From: Cellulomonas sp.
GTDB lineage: Bacteria; Actinomycetota; Actinomycetes; Actinomycetales; Cellulomonadaceae
Direction of reading: 5' to 3'
DNA: 64,000 bases
Assembly: GCA_036398695.1 (NCBI GenBank)
Contig: DASWOL010000204.1
Coordinates: 345-64,344 of the forward strand
Below are positions 32,700-42,549 of the stretch, one piece after another. The position numbers were made by a program, and so were the translations under genes. The notes below the pieces were generated by a model, which worked only from the letters and a program-made list of their open reading frames with translations, was not told where the DNA came from and did not search any database. Every line of letters starts with the position of its first letter. Within the stretch, counting starts at the first letter, position 1.

Positions 32700-33974
32700 T
32701 CAGGGGACGGCGTGCGTCGCGATGCGGGCGCCGGAGCGGGCGACGCGTTCGGGCTCGTCGGCGCCGTGCCCGAGGAGCGCCCGGACGCTCCACACCAGCA
32801 GCAGCACGAGCGCGGCGTTGCGCGCCGCGAGCACGAGCGTGACACCCGCGCCGCCGTAGGTGATCTGGCCGTACAGCCAGGGGAACACGATCTGCGTCGC
32901 GCCCGCCACCACCAGCACCAGCCGGCGGGTGCGGTCCCAGCCGGGCAGGCCGAGTGCCACGGCCACCACGAGAGGTCCGGCCAGCCACCCGATGTACTGC
33001 GGCGAGAGCACCTTGTTGAACACCAGCATCGCCAGCGTCATGAGGAAGGCGCCGCGCACCAAAAGCTCGTGCCGCTCGGCGCGGTCGGTCCACAACCGCC
33101 GTCCCATGCGCTCACGCCGCCACCACAGCAGCACGGCGACCGCGACGATTGCCAGGTCAAAGAGCGCGCCAAGGAGAGTCGCGATCTGCGCCGTCCCGGG
33201 ACCGTCGATCTCCCAGGTGTTGATCTCCCGGTTCATGAAGCGCTGGACCTTCGTGGTGAACAGGGCGACGAGCAGCCACGGCGTGGCGCCGACGGACTCG
33301 ATCTGCAGCCCGCGCGCCCCTTGCTCGAAGAGGAAAGAGAAGACGTGCTCGCCGCCGCCGAACCCGACCACGGTGCCGACGACCACGGCGGACACCGCCG
33401 CGGCGGGCACCACGACCTCACGCCACGGGCGACGGGCGACGAGGAACAGCGGGGCGATGAGCGCGCCCGGCGCCACCTTGATCCACGCGCCGACGGTGAG
33501 CAGGAAGGAAGCGATGGCCGGCCGGTCCAGTCCCCACAGCAGCGCGACCACCACGAGCGGCGCGACCACCGCGTCCAGCCGCCCCATCGCGATAGGTCCG
33601 AGGAGGAACAGGAACGCCGTCCACCACCAGGCCGCCGCCAGGCCGTTGCGCCGGCGCATCAGCACGGCGAGTGCGGCGGCGTCGAGCGCGGTGACCATGA
33701 GCGACCAGACGATCGCGTACCCGCTGCCGTAGCCGAGTCCTCCGATGCCCGCGACGAGCATGGGCACCATCGCACCGGGCGGGTAGACCCACGCCGCGTC
33801 GAGCCCCGGCCATTGGGCGACGTGCACGCCCAGCCACATCCAGTACCGGTACAGCTGCAGGTCCCAGAACGCCTGGTTCGGGATCACGACCACGCCGAGG
33901 AAAGCCAGCCACGCGTGGACCGCCACGAAGGCGCTCCAGGCCGCGGGCCGGCTGCGGAGCAGGGCGTGCGACAG
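32700..33974 (-). CDS. GT87-family (GT-C) membrane glycosyltransferase
   Basis: 'DLQLY', 'WVYPP', 'RLD', 'WIKVAP', 'RGLQIES', 'NKVLSPQYIGWL'; start uncertain (CTG 33974 or GTG 33926). Confidence 0.85.
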   Translation of the reverse strand: MSHALLRSRPAAWSAFVAVHAWLAFLGVVVIPNQAFWDLQLYRYWMWLGVHVAQWPGLDAAWVYPPGAMVPMLVAGIGGLGYGSGYAIVWSLMVTALDAAALAVLMRRRNGLAAAWWWTAFLFLLGPIAMGRLDAVVAPLVVVALLWGLDRPAIASFLLTVGAWIKVAPGALIAPLFLVARRPWREVVVPAAAVSAVVVGTVVGFGGGEHVFSFLFEQGARGLQIESVGATPWLLVALFTTKVQRFMNREINTWEIDGPGTAQIATLLGALFDLAIVAVAVLLWWRRERMGRRLWTDRAERHELLVRGAFLMTLAMLVFNKVLSPQYIGWLAGPLVVAVALGLPGWDRTRRLVLVVAGATQIVFPWLYGQITYGGAGVTLVLAARNAALVLLLVWSVRALLGHGADEPERVARSGARIATHAVP

Positions 33975-34126
33975 GTGTGCCTCCCGGGCATCGGCATGGA
34001 GCTCATCCCAAGACTAGATGAGGTCTCTGAGAGTCTCCTGGGCGAGCGGGCTTGCGGGGGCGCCCTTATCAGTAGTGTTCGTGCAGCCCCGGGGCGGGGA
34101 TTGTGAAGATGTTCGAGGAGGAACAC

Positions 34127-35452
34127 ATGGCTGGGCTCCGTTGGGGCTGGCGACTGCACGGCACGGGCCACGACGTGGCACCCGGGGAAGTGGTGGCGCC
34201 CGACGAGCGGCTCACCTGGCCCCGCACCATCGGCATCGGCCTGCAGCACATCGTCGCGATGTTCGGCGCGACGTTCCTGGTTCCCCTGCTGACGCACTTC
34301 TCGCCGTCGACCACGCTGTTCTTCTCGGCGGTGGGCACCATCCTGTTCCTGGTCATCACGGGGAACCGGCTGCCGAGCTACCTCGGATCGTCGTTCGCCT
34401 TCATCGCCCCGATCGGCGTGGCCGTGACGGCGGGCGGCCAGTCGGCGGCCGTCGGCGGCATCCTCGTCACCGGCGTGCTGCTGATGATCGTCGGCGCGGT
34501 GGTCCACTTCGCCGGCGCGCACTGGATCGACGTCGTGATGCCGCCCGTCGTCACTGGCACGATCGTGGCGCTCATCGGACTCAACCTCGCCCCGTCGGCG
34601 TGGAACAATTTCAAGACCGCACCGGTGACGGCCGTCGTCACGCTCGCGGCGATCATCCTCATCACGGTGCTCTTCCGCGGAATCATCGGGCGGCTCTCGA
34701 TCCTGCTCGGCGTCGTCGTCGGCTACGTCGTCGCGGCGATCCGTGGCGAGATCGACTACTCGGCGATCAAGGACGCCAGCTGGGTCGGCCTGCCGCACTT
34801 CGTGGCACCGTCGATCAAGCCGAGCGTGTGGGCCGTCTTCGTGCCGGTGGTCATCGTGCTGGTCGCGGAGAACATCGGACACGTGAAGTCGGTGGCCGCG
34901 ATGACCGGCCACGACCTCAACCCCGTCATGGGCCGCGCGCTGTTCTCCGACGGCCTGGCCACCACGCTCGCCGGCTTCGGCGGCGGCTCCGGAACCACCA
35001 CGTACGCGGAGAACATCGGCGTCATGGCCGCCACCCGGGTGTACTCGACGGCCGCCTACTGGGTGGCCGGTGCCGGCGCGTTCGTCCTGTCGATGTGCCC
35101 CAAGTTCGGGGCGGCGGTCGCCACGGTGCCGGCCGGCGTCCTGGGCGGGGCGGCGACCATGCTCTACGGCATGATCGGCCTGCTCGGCGCCCGGATCTGG
35201 CTGCAGAACAAGGTCGACTTCTCCAACCCGGTCAACCTGACGACCGCCGCGATCCCCCTTGTCGTCGGCATTGCCAACTTCACGTGGACCGCCGGCGACC
35301 TGTCGTTCACCGGCATCGCCCTCGGAACCGCTGCCGCGATCGTCATCTACCACGTGATGCGGGCGCTCGCCGCCTGGCGCGGCACCGGCCAGGAGCCGGC
35401 GACGCCGGCCTCGGTGCCCGGGGGCGACGAGCCCGTGGTCGCCCACCACTGA
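34127..35452 (+). CDS. Uracil/xanthine permease (NCS2 family)
   Basis: 'GLQHIVAMFGAT', 'YLGSSFAFI', 'TTYAENIGVM'. Confidence 0.95.
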   Translation: MAGLRWGWRLHGTGHDVAPGEVVAPDERLTWPRTIGIGLQHIVAMFGATFLVPLLTHFSPSTTLFFSAVGTILFLVITGNRLPSYLGSSFAFIAPIGVAVTAGGQSAAVGGILVTGVLLMIVGAVVHFAGAHWIDVVMPPVVTGTIVALIGLNLAPSAWNNFKTAPVTAVVTLAAIILITVLFRGIIGRLSILLGVVVGYVVAAIRGEIDYSAIKDASWVGLPHFVAPSIKPSVWAVFVPVVIVLVAENIGHVKSVAAMTGHDLNPVMGRALFSDGLATTLAGFGGGSGTTTYAENIGVMAATRVYSTAAYWVAGAGAFVLSMCPKFGAAVATVPAGVLGGAATMLYGMIGLLGARIWLQNKVDFSNPVNLTTAAIPLVVGIANFTWTAGDLSFTGIALGTAAAIVIYHVMRALAAWRGTGQEPATPASVPGGDEPVVAHH

Positions 35453-35497
35453 CACCTCGACAGGTCCGCACGCACGCGGCCGGTTGGTCCTCCGGGA

Positions 35498-36145
35498 TCA
35501 GCCGGCCGCGGCCGTGGTGGGCGAAGCCACCGGCGCGGTGGGGGCAGGAGACGCTGCGATGAACTGGCTGTACGGCACGCACCCGGGCGGGCCGGCGAGC
35601 GGCTTCTTCGGGTCGAGTGCCACCTTGTCGGCAGCCTTGATGGCGAGGAACTGGGTGCCGAGCGTGATGTCGACGCTGGCGTCCTGCCGGGTGTCGACTT
35701 GCATCTCGGCGCCGTCGACGTACCCCGCCAGCGTGTACGCCTGAGCGATGCCCTTGACGCCGAACGAGATGCGCGCGGTGCCGCTGTACGACGAGATCGC
35801 GTTGCTCATCGAAGCGACGACGAACCCGCGCTGGGTCAGTGCGTCACCGGTGGTCTTGGCCAGTCCGCTGGTCCCGGCGCCGTTGTAGACGTTGACCGTG
35901 ATGGACCCGGCGGCGACCGGCAGGGCGCCGTCCGGCGGGCACACCGCCTGGTTGTGCGTCACCGAAGGCGTCGGCTTCGACGTGAAGCTCCGACTCGCCC
36001 AGGGCAGGTTGAGGTTGCCCGTGTAGACGGCGGCGGCGGCCACGAAAGCGAGTGCCAGGAAGGCGAGGAGCACGCCGAAGATGACCGACTGACGCTCGTG
36101 CATGTGGCGCCTGCGCATCTTGCGTGCGCGTTCTGCCTCGCTCAC
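35498..36145 (-). CDS. LytR C-terminal domain membrane protein
   Basis: One TM, 'VNVYNGAGTSGLA...L..RGF', 'VDITLG'. Confidence 0.88.
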   Translation of the reverse strand: MSEAERARKMRRRHMHERQSVIFGVLLAFLALAFVAAAAVYTGNLNLPWASRSFTSKPTPSVTHNQAVCPPDGALPVAAGSITVNVYNGAGTSGLAKTTGDALTQRGFVVASMSNAISSYSGTARISFGVKGIAQAYTLAGYVDGAEMQVDTRQDASVDITLGTQFLAIKAADKVALDPKKPLAGPPGCVPYSQFIAASPAPTAPVASPTTAAAG

Positions 36146-36438
36146 TCGATCACCAGCACCCGGGCATGCAGCGTCGGGCGCTGCTGGAGGGCGGCACGCA
36201 CAGCGCGGTGCAGGCCGTCCTCGAGATACAGCACTCCGCGGTACTGCACCACGTGCGCGAACAGGTCGCCGTAGAACGTCGAATCATCGGCGAGCAGCGC
36301 GTCGAGGTCGAGCGTCCGCTTCGTGGTCACCAGCTCGTCCAGCCTCACCTGGCGCGGCGGCACGTCGGCCCACTGCTTGGCCGTCGTCAGCCCGTGGTCC
36401 GGATATGGCCGGCCGTCCCCCACAGCCTTGAAGATCAC
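36142..36438 (-). CDS. Conserved actinobacterial small protein (ParB/Srx-like; often annotated as VapB-family)
   Basis: 'IFKAVGDGRPYPDHG', 'LYLEDGLHRAVRAAL'. Confidence 0.85.
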   Translation of the reverse strand: MIFKAVGDGRPYPDHGLTTAKQWADVPPRQVRLDELVTTKRTLDLDALLADDSTFYGDLFAHVVQYRGVLYLEDGLHRAVRAALQQRPTLHARVLVIE

Positions 36439-36593
36439 GGACGCGAGTCTAGGGTGAAGCACCCTGCGACTTCCTCCGACGAGGGTATGACTGCGTGCAG
36501 GTATCGAGGAGGATGGGGCCGTCCGTCACCGGCCGCACGGTGGGCGCCGTCGGCGGCGGCAGGGCCGGCGAACGGGAGGGCGGTCGGCTGGAC

Positions 36594-37316
36594 TCAGCCC
36601 TGCGCCGCTGGTGACCCCGGCCGGTACGCGGCCTGTGCGCGGTCGCGGATGCCGCGCAGCATCTTCTGGCTCATCACCCAGCTGAGGACACTCACCGGCT
36701 CGACGAGCAGCCGCGCCCACCCGGCCTTGTACTGGTATCGCTCGCGCACGACGAGCCGCGTGCCGCCGTCGCGGCCGGGACGCAGCACGAACGCCCACGT
36801 GAAGTCGTAGGGCGGCGCGCCGGGGCCGAAGCCCGCGGCACCCTGCAGCACGAGTGCGCGGTCCTGCTCGACGACGACGACGTCGAGAGCGACAGGCGGA
36901 GCCAGATGAACCTGGTCGCCGGCCGCGAGATCCTGCCACTCCGGCACGATCCGATCAGCCGAGTGGATGTCGCAGCCGACGAGGTTCTCCAGCTCGTCGT
37001 AGGAGTAGAAGCCGCCGCGACCCTGACCCAGCTGGACGAGCCACGGCCACACCGCGGCCGCGGGAGCAGCGATGCCGACCGTGCGGGTTGCGACGAGGTT
37101 CGGCTTCGTCAGGAGCGCGTCCCCCGGCAAGGCGGCGTCGAGCTCGTCCTCGGTGGAGCCGAACGCAAGCATCCAGGCGCGCATCACCGGCAGGCTGGCA
37201 CCGGCGGCGAAGGCCACAGCCGCGACGACCGTGCGTCGCGGCGGCTTCGGGGGTGGCGGCGGGAGCAGCTCGTTCGGGCGAGGCAGCAGGTCCGACGGTC
37301 GGGGGAGGCGGGCCAT
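36594..37316 (-). CDS. SRPBCC-like hypothetical protein
   Basis: 'LPGD', 'VWPWLVQLGQGRGGFYSYD..EN', 'MLRGIRDRA'. Confidence 0.75.
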   Translation of the reverse strand: MARLPRPSDLLPRPNELLPPPPPKPPRRTVVAAVAFAAGASLPVMRAWMLAFGSTEDELDAALPGDALLTKPNLVATRTVGIAAPAAAVWPWLVQLGQGRGGFYSYDELENLVGCDIHSADRIVPEWQDLAAGDQVHLAPPVALDVVVVEQDRALVLQGAAGFGPGAPPYDFTWAFVLRPGRDGGTRLVVRERYQYKAGWARLLVEPVSVLSWVMSQKMLRGIRDRAQAAYRPGSPAAQG

Positions 37317-37401
37317 GCCCGAAGTGGACCACCCGGGCCGCCGCCGGGGCCCGGGCCCTACGTCCCGGCGGGCGGTCACGTGCTCTCCCGCCGCGTCGTG
37401 A

Positions 37402-37809
37402 TCACGCGGCCGGGGTTCCGGCGGCGATCGCGCCGCGCAGCACCTGGTCCCAGCCGCCGTCCTTGTCCACGACGAAGCAGAACTCGTTGCCCTCCGGGTC
37501 CTGCAGCACGACGAAGCCGTCGCCGTCCTCGCCGACTCGGGAGAACCCGGTGCGGCGCGCCCCGAGCGCCTCGGCGCGCTCGGCCGCCGCCAACGCGTTA
37601 GCCACCTGCACGTCCAGGTGCAACCGGTTCTTGGGGGACTGCTTCGGCTCCGGCACCTTCTGGAATCCGAGCATCACCGGAGCGGCGTCCACCACCGCCC
37701 ACTCCGGATCGACAAGACCCCAGCGGGCCTCGAGCACGTGCGCCCAGAACTCGGCCAGGCCGGCCGGGTCGGCGCAGTCGAACACCACTTCCTGCACGCG
37801 AACGTCCAT
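37402..37809 (-). CDS. VOC/glyoxalase_6 family protein
   Basis: 'FDCADP..LAEFW', 'KNRLHLD', 'DPEGNEFC'. Confidence 0.92.
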   Translation of the reverse strand: MDVRVQEVVFDCADPAGLAEFWAHVLEARWGLVDPEWAVVDAAPVMLGFQKVPEPKQSPKNRLHLDVQVANALAAAERAEALGARRTGFSRVGEDGDGFVVLQDPEGNEFCFVVDKDGGWDQVLRGAIAAGTPAA

Positions 37810-37883
37810 GACGGGCACGGTACCGACGCCCACCGACACGGCCGGGACCAGGCTCACGCGGGCCGGTCCGTTAGCGTCGGGAC

Positions 37884-38858
37884 GTGCCCGCCGATCCCAG
37901 CTTCCGCTATCCCCGCTACCCCCGCAGCTCCACCGCGTCGCCGTCCCGTCCGCTGCGTGTCGGGGTACAGCTGCCGGAGGTGGAGCGCTCGGTGCGCTGG
38001 CCCGAGGTGCTCGACATGGCGCGTCGCGCCGAGGACGTCGGTCTCGACTCCGTGTGGGTGGGCGACCACCTGCTCTACCGATTCGGCGACGGGTCGACCC
38101 GCGGGCCGTGGGAGTCGTGGACGCTGCTCGCCGGGCTGGCGGCCGCGACCTCGCAGATCACACTGGGCCCGCTCGTCGCGTCGACCGCGTTCCGCGGGCC
38201 CGCCCTGCTCGCCAAGCAGGCGGCGACGCTCGACGAGATCAGCGGCGGGCGTCTCGTCCTCGGCCTGGGCGCGGGGTGGAACCCGGTGGAGTTCGCCGCG
38301 TACGGGCTGCCGTTCGACCACCGTGTCGCGCGGTTCGAGGAGGCGTTCACCATCATCCGGTCGTTGCTGCGGGACGGCGTGGTCGACTTCGTCGGGCAGT
38401 ACTACTCCGCGCGGGACTGCGAGCTGGTGCCGCGCGGGCCGTCCGTGGGCGGGCCGCCCCTCATGATCGGATCGCTGGGGCCCCGGATGCTGGCGGCCAC
38501 CGCGGCGCACATGGACGCGTGGAACGCCTGGTATGCGGACACGGGGAACACGGCCTCCGGCGCGGTGGCGGCCGGTTCCGGCCTGTCGGCCGCGCTGGCG
38601 GACGTCGGACGAGCGTCCGACGAGGTGGCGCGGACCGCCGCGGTGCTGCTGCGGCTTCCGGGCGGGACAGGTCGGGTGATGGGCGACACCTCGCCGGATC
38701 AGCACGTGGTCGCGCTGGCCGGGACACCCGACGAGATCGCGGCCGGGCTGCGCGGCTACGCCGAGGCGGGGATCACCGAGGTGCAGCTGGTGCTCGACCC
38801 GATCACGGCCGGGTCTATCGAGGCGTTGCGACCGGTCCTGGCACTGCTCGACGCCTGA
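37884..38858 (+). CDS. LLM-class flavin/F420-dependent oxidoreductase
   Basis: 'SVWVGDH', 'LAKQAATLDEISGGRLVLGLGAGW'. Confidence 0.92.
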   Translation: MPADPSFRYPRYPRSSTASPSRPLRVGVQLPEVERSVRWPEVLDMARRAEDVGLDSVWVGDHLLYRFGDGSTRGPWESWTLLAGLAAATSQITLGPLVASTAFRGPALLAKQAATLDEISGGRLVLGLGAGWNPVEFAAYGLPFDHRVARFEEAFTIIRSLLRDGVVDFVGQYYSARDCELVPRGPSVGGPPLMIGSLGPRMLAATAAHMDAWNAWYADTGNTASGAVAAGSGLSAALADVGRASDEVARTAAVLLRLPGGTGRVMGDTSPDQHVVALAGTPDEIAAGLRGYAEAGITEVQLVLDPITAGSIEALRPVLALLDA

Positions 38859-38894
38859 GGCGGCCGCACAGGTCGCGCAGGTCGCGCCCGACCG

Positions 38895-39431
38895 TCAGCG
38901 CAGGATCTCGACGAGCAGGACCCAGGCGTCCAGCATGGTGAGAGCGAAGATCGCGACGATCCCGCCGAAGACCACGAACAGTCCCCCGTGGACCCCGGCG
39001 GCGACCAGCACGCCGCCGACGACGACCGGGAGGGCGTGCAGCTGGCCCTGCACGATCACGCGGACGGCCTCCTGCAGCGGGCGACGCGCGACGCGGTTGA
39101 GCCGCAGGGCCGTGCGCCCGCTGACGAGGTGCAGCACCCACACGGCCGCGCCCAGGACGGCGGCCTCGATGCCGAAGGCGAGGGAGGGCTGCGGGGCGAG
39201 CCCGGAGATGGCGACCAGCAGCGCGAGCACGAGCGACGCCACCGTGGCGGCGGCCCGCGACGGGAGCTGCGGGTACGTGAGGATCTGCCCCACGTTGACC
39301 GAGATCGCGACGATGACGAGGCCGGCGAGCGCCGCAGCCGCGCCGGCCACGGCGACGAAGAACTCCGACCAGCCGCCGAGGTCGAGCCCGCCCACGGCGC
39401 CACGGTAGCCGGGCGGCTGCTGGTCGGCCAC
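38895..39431 (-). CDS. Hypothetical membrane protein
   Basis: 'WSEFFVAVAGAAAALAGLVIVAISVN'...'AWVLLVEILR'; ~5 TM. Confidence 0.75.
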   Translation of the reverse strand: MADQQPPGYRGAVGGLDLGGWSEFFVAVAGAAAALAGLVIVAISVNVGQILTYPQLPSRAAATVASLVLALLVAISGLAPQPSLAFGIEAAVLGAAVWVLHLVSGRTALRLNRVARRPLQEAVRVIVQGQLHALPVVVGGVLVAAGVHGGLFVVFGGIVAIFALTMLDAWVLLVEILR

Positions 39432-39482
39432 GCGGTGCTGGCCGGCGGACCGCGGACCCGTCGAGGCGCCGCCTGGCGCGGC

Positions 39483-40709
39483 TCAGCCCCTCGGGAGGGC
39501 GTTCCGGAAGGGGCGGAAGAAGTCGCGCAGCTCGGCCGCGTACTGCTCGGGCTGCTCGAAGGGCGCGAAGTGGCCGCCTCGCGGCGGCTGCGTGGCGTAG
39601 ACGGTGTTCGCCGTGCGGTCCAGCCAGGAGCGCGGCGGCCGGACCACGTCGCCACCGAAGATCGAGAACCCTGACGGCACCTCGACCCGGCGGGCCAGCT
39701 GCGCCGGCGGGATGGCGGCGTTGGCGCGGTACGCCCGCATCGACGAGCCCATGGTGCCGGTGAGCCAGTAGATCGTCACCAGCGTGAGGATCTCGTCCTT
39801 CGTGTAGACGGTCTCGAGATCGCCGCCGCAGTCGCTCCAGCTGCGCAACTTCTCGACGATCCACGCCGCGAGCCCGGCAGGGGAGTCGGTGAGCCCGACC
39901 GCGGCCGTCTGCGGCTTGGTGGAGTGGATCGCCGCGTACGCGCCCTCGTCGGCGCCCCACGCGGCGGCCTGCTGGAACCACGCGCGCTCCTCCGCGGTGA
40001 GGTCCGCCGGGTCGCCGGTGTACCGGGGCAGCCCGGCGTCCTGGCGGTGCACCGCCACCACACGGTCGGGGTGGTCGAGCGCCAGGTAGCGGGACACGTG
40101 GCTGCCCATGTCCCCACCCGCCGCGCCGAACCGCCCGTAGCCCAGGGCGGTCATCAGCTGCGCCCACAGGCCGGCCACGTCCACGGTGCTCAGGACGCGG
40201 CCCGTGGGGTGGTCGGAGTAGCCGAAGCCCGGCATGTCGGGCACCACCACGTCGAACGCGTCGGCGGGGTCGGCGCCGTGGGCTCCCGGGTCGGTGAGGA
40301 GAGGGATCACCTTGAGGTAGCGCCAGAAGGAGTCCGGCCAGCCGTGGCAGAGGACGAGCGGGAGCAACGGTCCGGCCGGCGCCACGGCCCGGGCGTGGAC
40401 AGCGTGGATGCCCAGTCCCCCGATCGCGACCCGCACGTGCGGCAGGCGGGCGATCGCGGCCTCCTGCGCCGGCCAGTCGAAGCCGTCGGCCCAGTACGCC
40501 ACCAGCTCCCGCAGGTAGTCCACGTCGGTGCCCATCGACCAGCCCGCGCCGTCCGGCGCGTCCGGGAACCTCGTCGCGCGCAGCCGGGCCCGGAGGTCGT
40601 CGAGCGCGGCGGGGTCGGTGCGCAGGGTGAAGGGCTCAGGGCGGGGCTCGGGGCGGGAACCAGGGCGGGGCCCGGGGTGGGGCCCGGGGTGGGACAAGGA
40701 GTCGCTCAC
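39483..40709 (-). CDS. Epoxide hydrolase (EHN + alpha/beta hydrolase)
   Basis: 'HGWPDS', 'GGDMG', 'GGHFAPFEQP'. Confidence 0.93.
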   Translation of the reverse strand: MSDSLSHPGPHPGPRPGSRPEPRPEPFTLRTDPAALDDLRARLRATRFPDAPDGAGWSMGTDVDYLRELVAYWADGFDWPAQEAAIARLPHVRVAIGGLGIHAVHARAVAPAGPLLPLVLCHGWPDSFWRYLKVIPLLTDPGAHGADPADAFDVVVPDMPGFGYSDHPTGRVLSTVDVAGLWAQLMTALGYGRFGAAGGDMGSHVSRYLALDHPDRVVAVHRQDAGLPRYTGDPADLTAEERAWFQQAAAWGADEGAYAAIHSTKPQTAAVGLTDSPAGLAAWIVEKLRSWSDCGGDLETVYTKDEILTLVTIYWLTGTMGSSMRAYRANAAIPPAQLARRVEVPSGFSIFGGDVVRPPRSWLDRTANTVYATQPPRGGHFAPFEQPEQYAAELRDFFRPFRNALPRG

Positions 40710-40918
40710 CCTCGCAACGTACGCCGCCGTCCGCCGCGCGGGACCGCGTGTTCGCCGCTACCGTCGCAGGTGACACGTTCCTGCGCCGCGCGTTCCAGGG
40801 GCACCCTGAGCGACGTGCGACGCCCCACCGCCCGTCCGGACCGAGCGCGGGTGGCGGGTGGGCGACGCCGACAGGCGTGACGGGTATTTCCCGCCGCCGG
40901 GCGATCTGACGCCGTTCT

Positions 40919-40955
40919 GTGACGTTCCGGTCGGTTGCCCCGTCTAGGGAGTGTC
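40919..40955 (+). promoter_or_regulatory. Putative ECF promoter 1 (GTGAC-N17-CGTCTA)
   Basis: Same -35/-10, spacing and GGGAGTGTC tail as 43213-43249. Confidence 0.75.
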
Positions 40956-41010
40956 AGTGGATCCTGCGCCCCCGCCTGGTCGCGAGGGCGCGATGCGGAG
41001 GGAGCTCGAG

Positions 41011-41451
41011 ATGGCTGATGTGACAGCGACAGGCAACGTTCCGATCACGGGAGCGGGGGCCGGCGTCGCGGCAGCGGGCAAGACGACCATCGAGGACGGC
41101 GTGGTGGCGAAGATCGCGGGCATCGCCGCCCGGGACGTGCCGGGCGTGTACGCCCTGGGCGGCGGCACGGCGCGCGCCATCGGCGCCATCCGCGACGCGC
41201 TGAACAGCACCGACCTGACCCAGGGCATCAGCGTCGAGGTGGGCGAGAAGCAGGTCGCCGTCGACGTGACGATCGTCGCCGAGTACCCGGTGGCGCTGCA
41301 GAAGGTGGCCGGCGACGTGCGCGAGGCGATCTCACGGGCCATGCACGACCTGGTCGGCATGGACGTCGCGGAGGTGAACGTGACCGTCAACGATGTCCAC
41401 ATCCCGTCCGACGACGACAGCGGCGAGCCGCAGGAGGCGCGAGTCCGGTGA
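41011..41451 (+). CDS. Asp23/Gls24 envelope stress protein
   Basis: 'GKTTIEDGVVAKIAGIAARDVPGV', 'VEVGEKQVAVD', 'EVNVTVNDV'. Confidence 0.93.
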   Translation: MADVTATGNVPITGAGAGVAAAGKTTIEDGVVAKIAGIAARDVPGVYALGGGTARAIGAIRDALNSTDLTQGISVEVGEKQVAVDVTIVAEYPVALQKVAGDVREAISRAMHDLVGMDVAEVNVTVNDVHIPSDDDSGEPQEARVR

Positions 41452-41639
41452 CTCACACGGTCGTCGGCGCCGCGGTGGGGGCCCTGCTCGCGCTGACGTG
41501 GGTGCTGCTCGGGTTCTGGGTGTTCGTCCTGGTGGCGGTGGCGATGTTGATCGGCGCCGCCGTGGGCCGGGCGGTGGACGGGCGGCTGGACCTGCACGCC
41601 GTGGTGGAGGCGTTGCGGGGGAGGCGATCCTCGTCATGA
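41448..41639 (+). CDS. DUF2273-like small membrane protein
   Basis: 63 aa, two TM, translationally coupled within the asp23 operon. Confidence 0.75.
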   Translation: MTHTVVGAAVGALLALTWVLLGFWVFVLVAVAMLIGAAVGRAVDGRLDLHAVVEALRGRRSSS

Positions 41640-41983
41640 GCGCGCAGCCGGTCGAGGTGGCACGTCCGCCGGCCGGTCGCACGACGATCCGCGCCCAGGC
41701 GCTGCGCACGCTCGTGAAGGCGGTCGTGGCGGATGCCGCGGGGGTCCCGTCCGGCCGTGCCTCCGTGACGCTCGAGGACCACGGCGGCTCGCTGGCGGTG
41801 ACCGCCACGGTGCCTGCGGTGCTGGATCCCGGTTCGCCGGCCATGCCGTCCCTGGTCGATCGCGCAGCGGCCATCCGGCAGGAGGTCGCCGACGAGCTGA
41901 TGCGGCTGGTGGGCCGGACGGCACGCCCGGTCGACGTCCGGTTCTCCGGGATCCATCGGGTGGCGGTCAGGAGGGTGGCATGA
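41636..41983 (+). CDS. Asp23-like hypothetical protein
   Basis: 'GRTTIRAQAL', coupled overlaps. Confidence 0.7.
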   Translation: MSAQPVEVARPPAGRTTIRAQALRTLVKAVVADAAGVPSGRASVTLEDHGGSLAVTATVPAVLDPGSPAMPSLVDRAAAIRQEVADELMRLVGRTARPVDVRFSGIHRVAVRRVA

Positions 41984-42549
41984 GCGGTGGCGAGGAGGCG
42001 GTGTACCGGCGCGTGCTGCGCCGGGAGACCCATGCGTCCCGCGCGGCCGCGGCGATCACTGTCGCCGTGGTGCTCGTCGTGCTGTGCGCCGCCGCCGGCG
42101 CGAGCGCGGTGTGGTTCCTCGTCGACGCCACCGCCCGGGACAGGGTGTTCGCGGCCGTCAGCGGGTTCGACGTGCGTGCGAGGACGGCACCGGTGGTGGC
42201 GGTGGTGGGCGGCGTCGTGATGCTGCTGGGGTTGTGGCTCCTCCTCCTCGGAGTGTTGCCGGGGCGTCGGGCGCGCCACGGTCGCACCGCCGGGCGTCTT
42301 GCCGTCGTCACCGACGACGGTGTCGCGGCCGACGTCATCGCCGACACGGTTGCCGGCGCGCTGGCCGTCGCACGCGACCTGGTCCACGTGAGCGTCGGAC
42401 ACCGCAGCGCGGTGGTGACCATCACGCCGGTCAGCGGCGTGGCGGTCGACGAGGCGGCGGCACGCCGGGCGGCGTCCGATGCGACGTCGCGTCTGGGACG
42501 GCCGCTGGCGCCGCGGATCGCGGTCGCCTCGCGGGGGGTGGTCGCGTGA
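41980..42549 (+). CDS. DUF6286-like membrane protein
   Basis: 'RRETH.SR', two TM, operon context. Confidence 0.7.
   Translation: MSGGEEAVYRRVLRRETHASRAAAAITVAVVLVVLCAAAGASAVWFLVDATARDRVFAAVSGFDVRARTAPVVAVVGGVVMLLGLWLLLLGVLPGRRARHGRTAGRLAVVTDDGVAADVIADTVAGALAVARDLVHVSVGHRSAVVTITPVSGVAVDEAAARRAASDATSRLGRPLAPRIAVASRGVVA

Noticed and set aside
34101-34118. Rex-like box before the uracil permease (TTGTGAAGATGTTCGAGG)
   Set aside because: The right half-site is poor and overlaps the RBS; no functional rationale
36142-36438. Toxin-antitoxin module
   Set aside because: No VapC/PIN partner; conserved core gene whose VapB label is likely a misannotation
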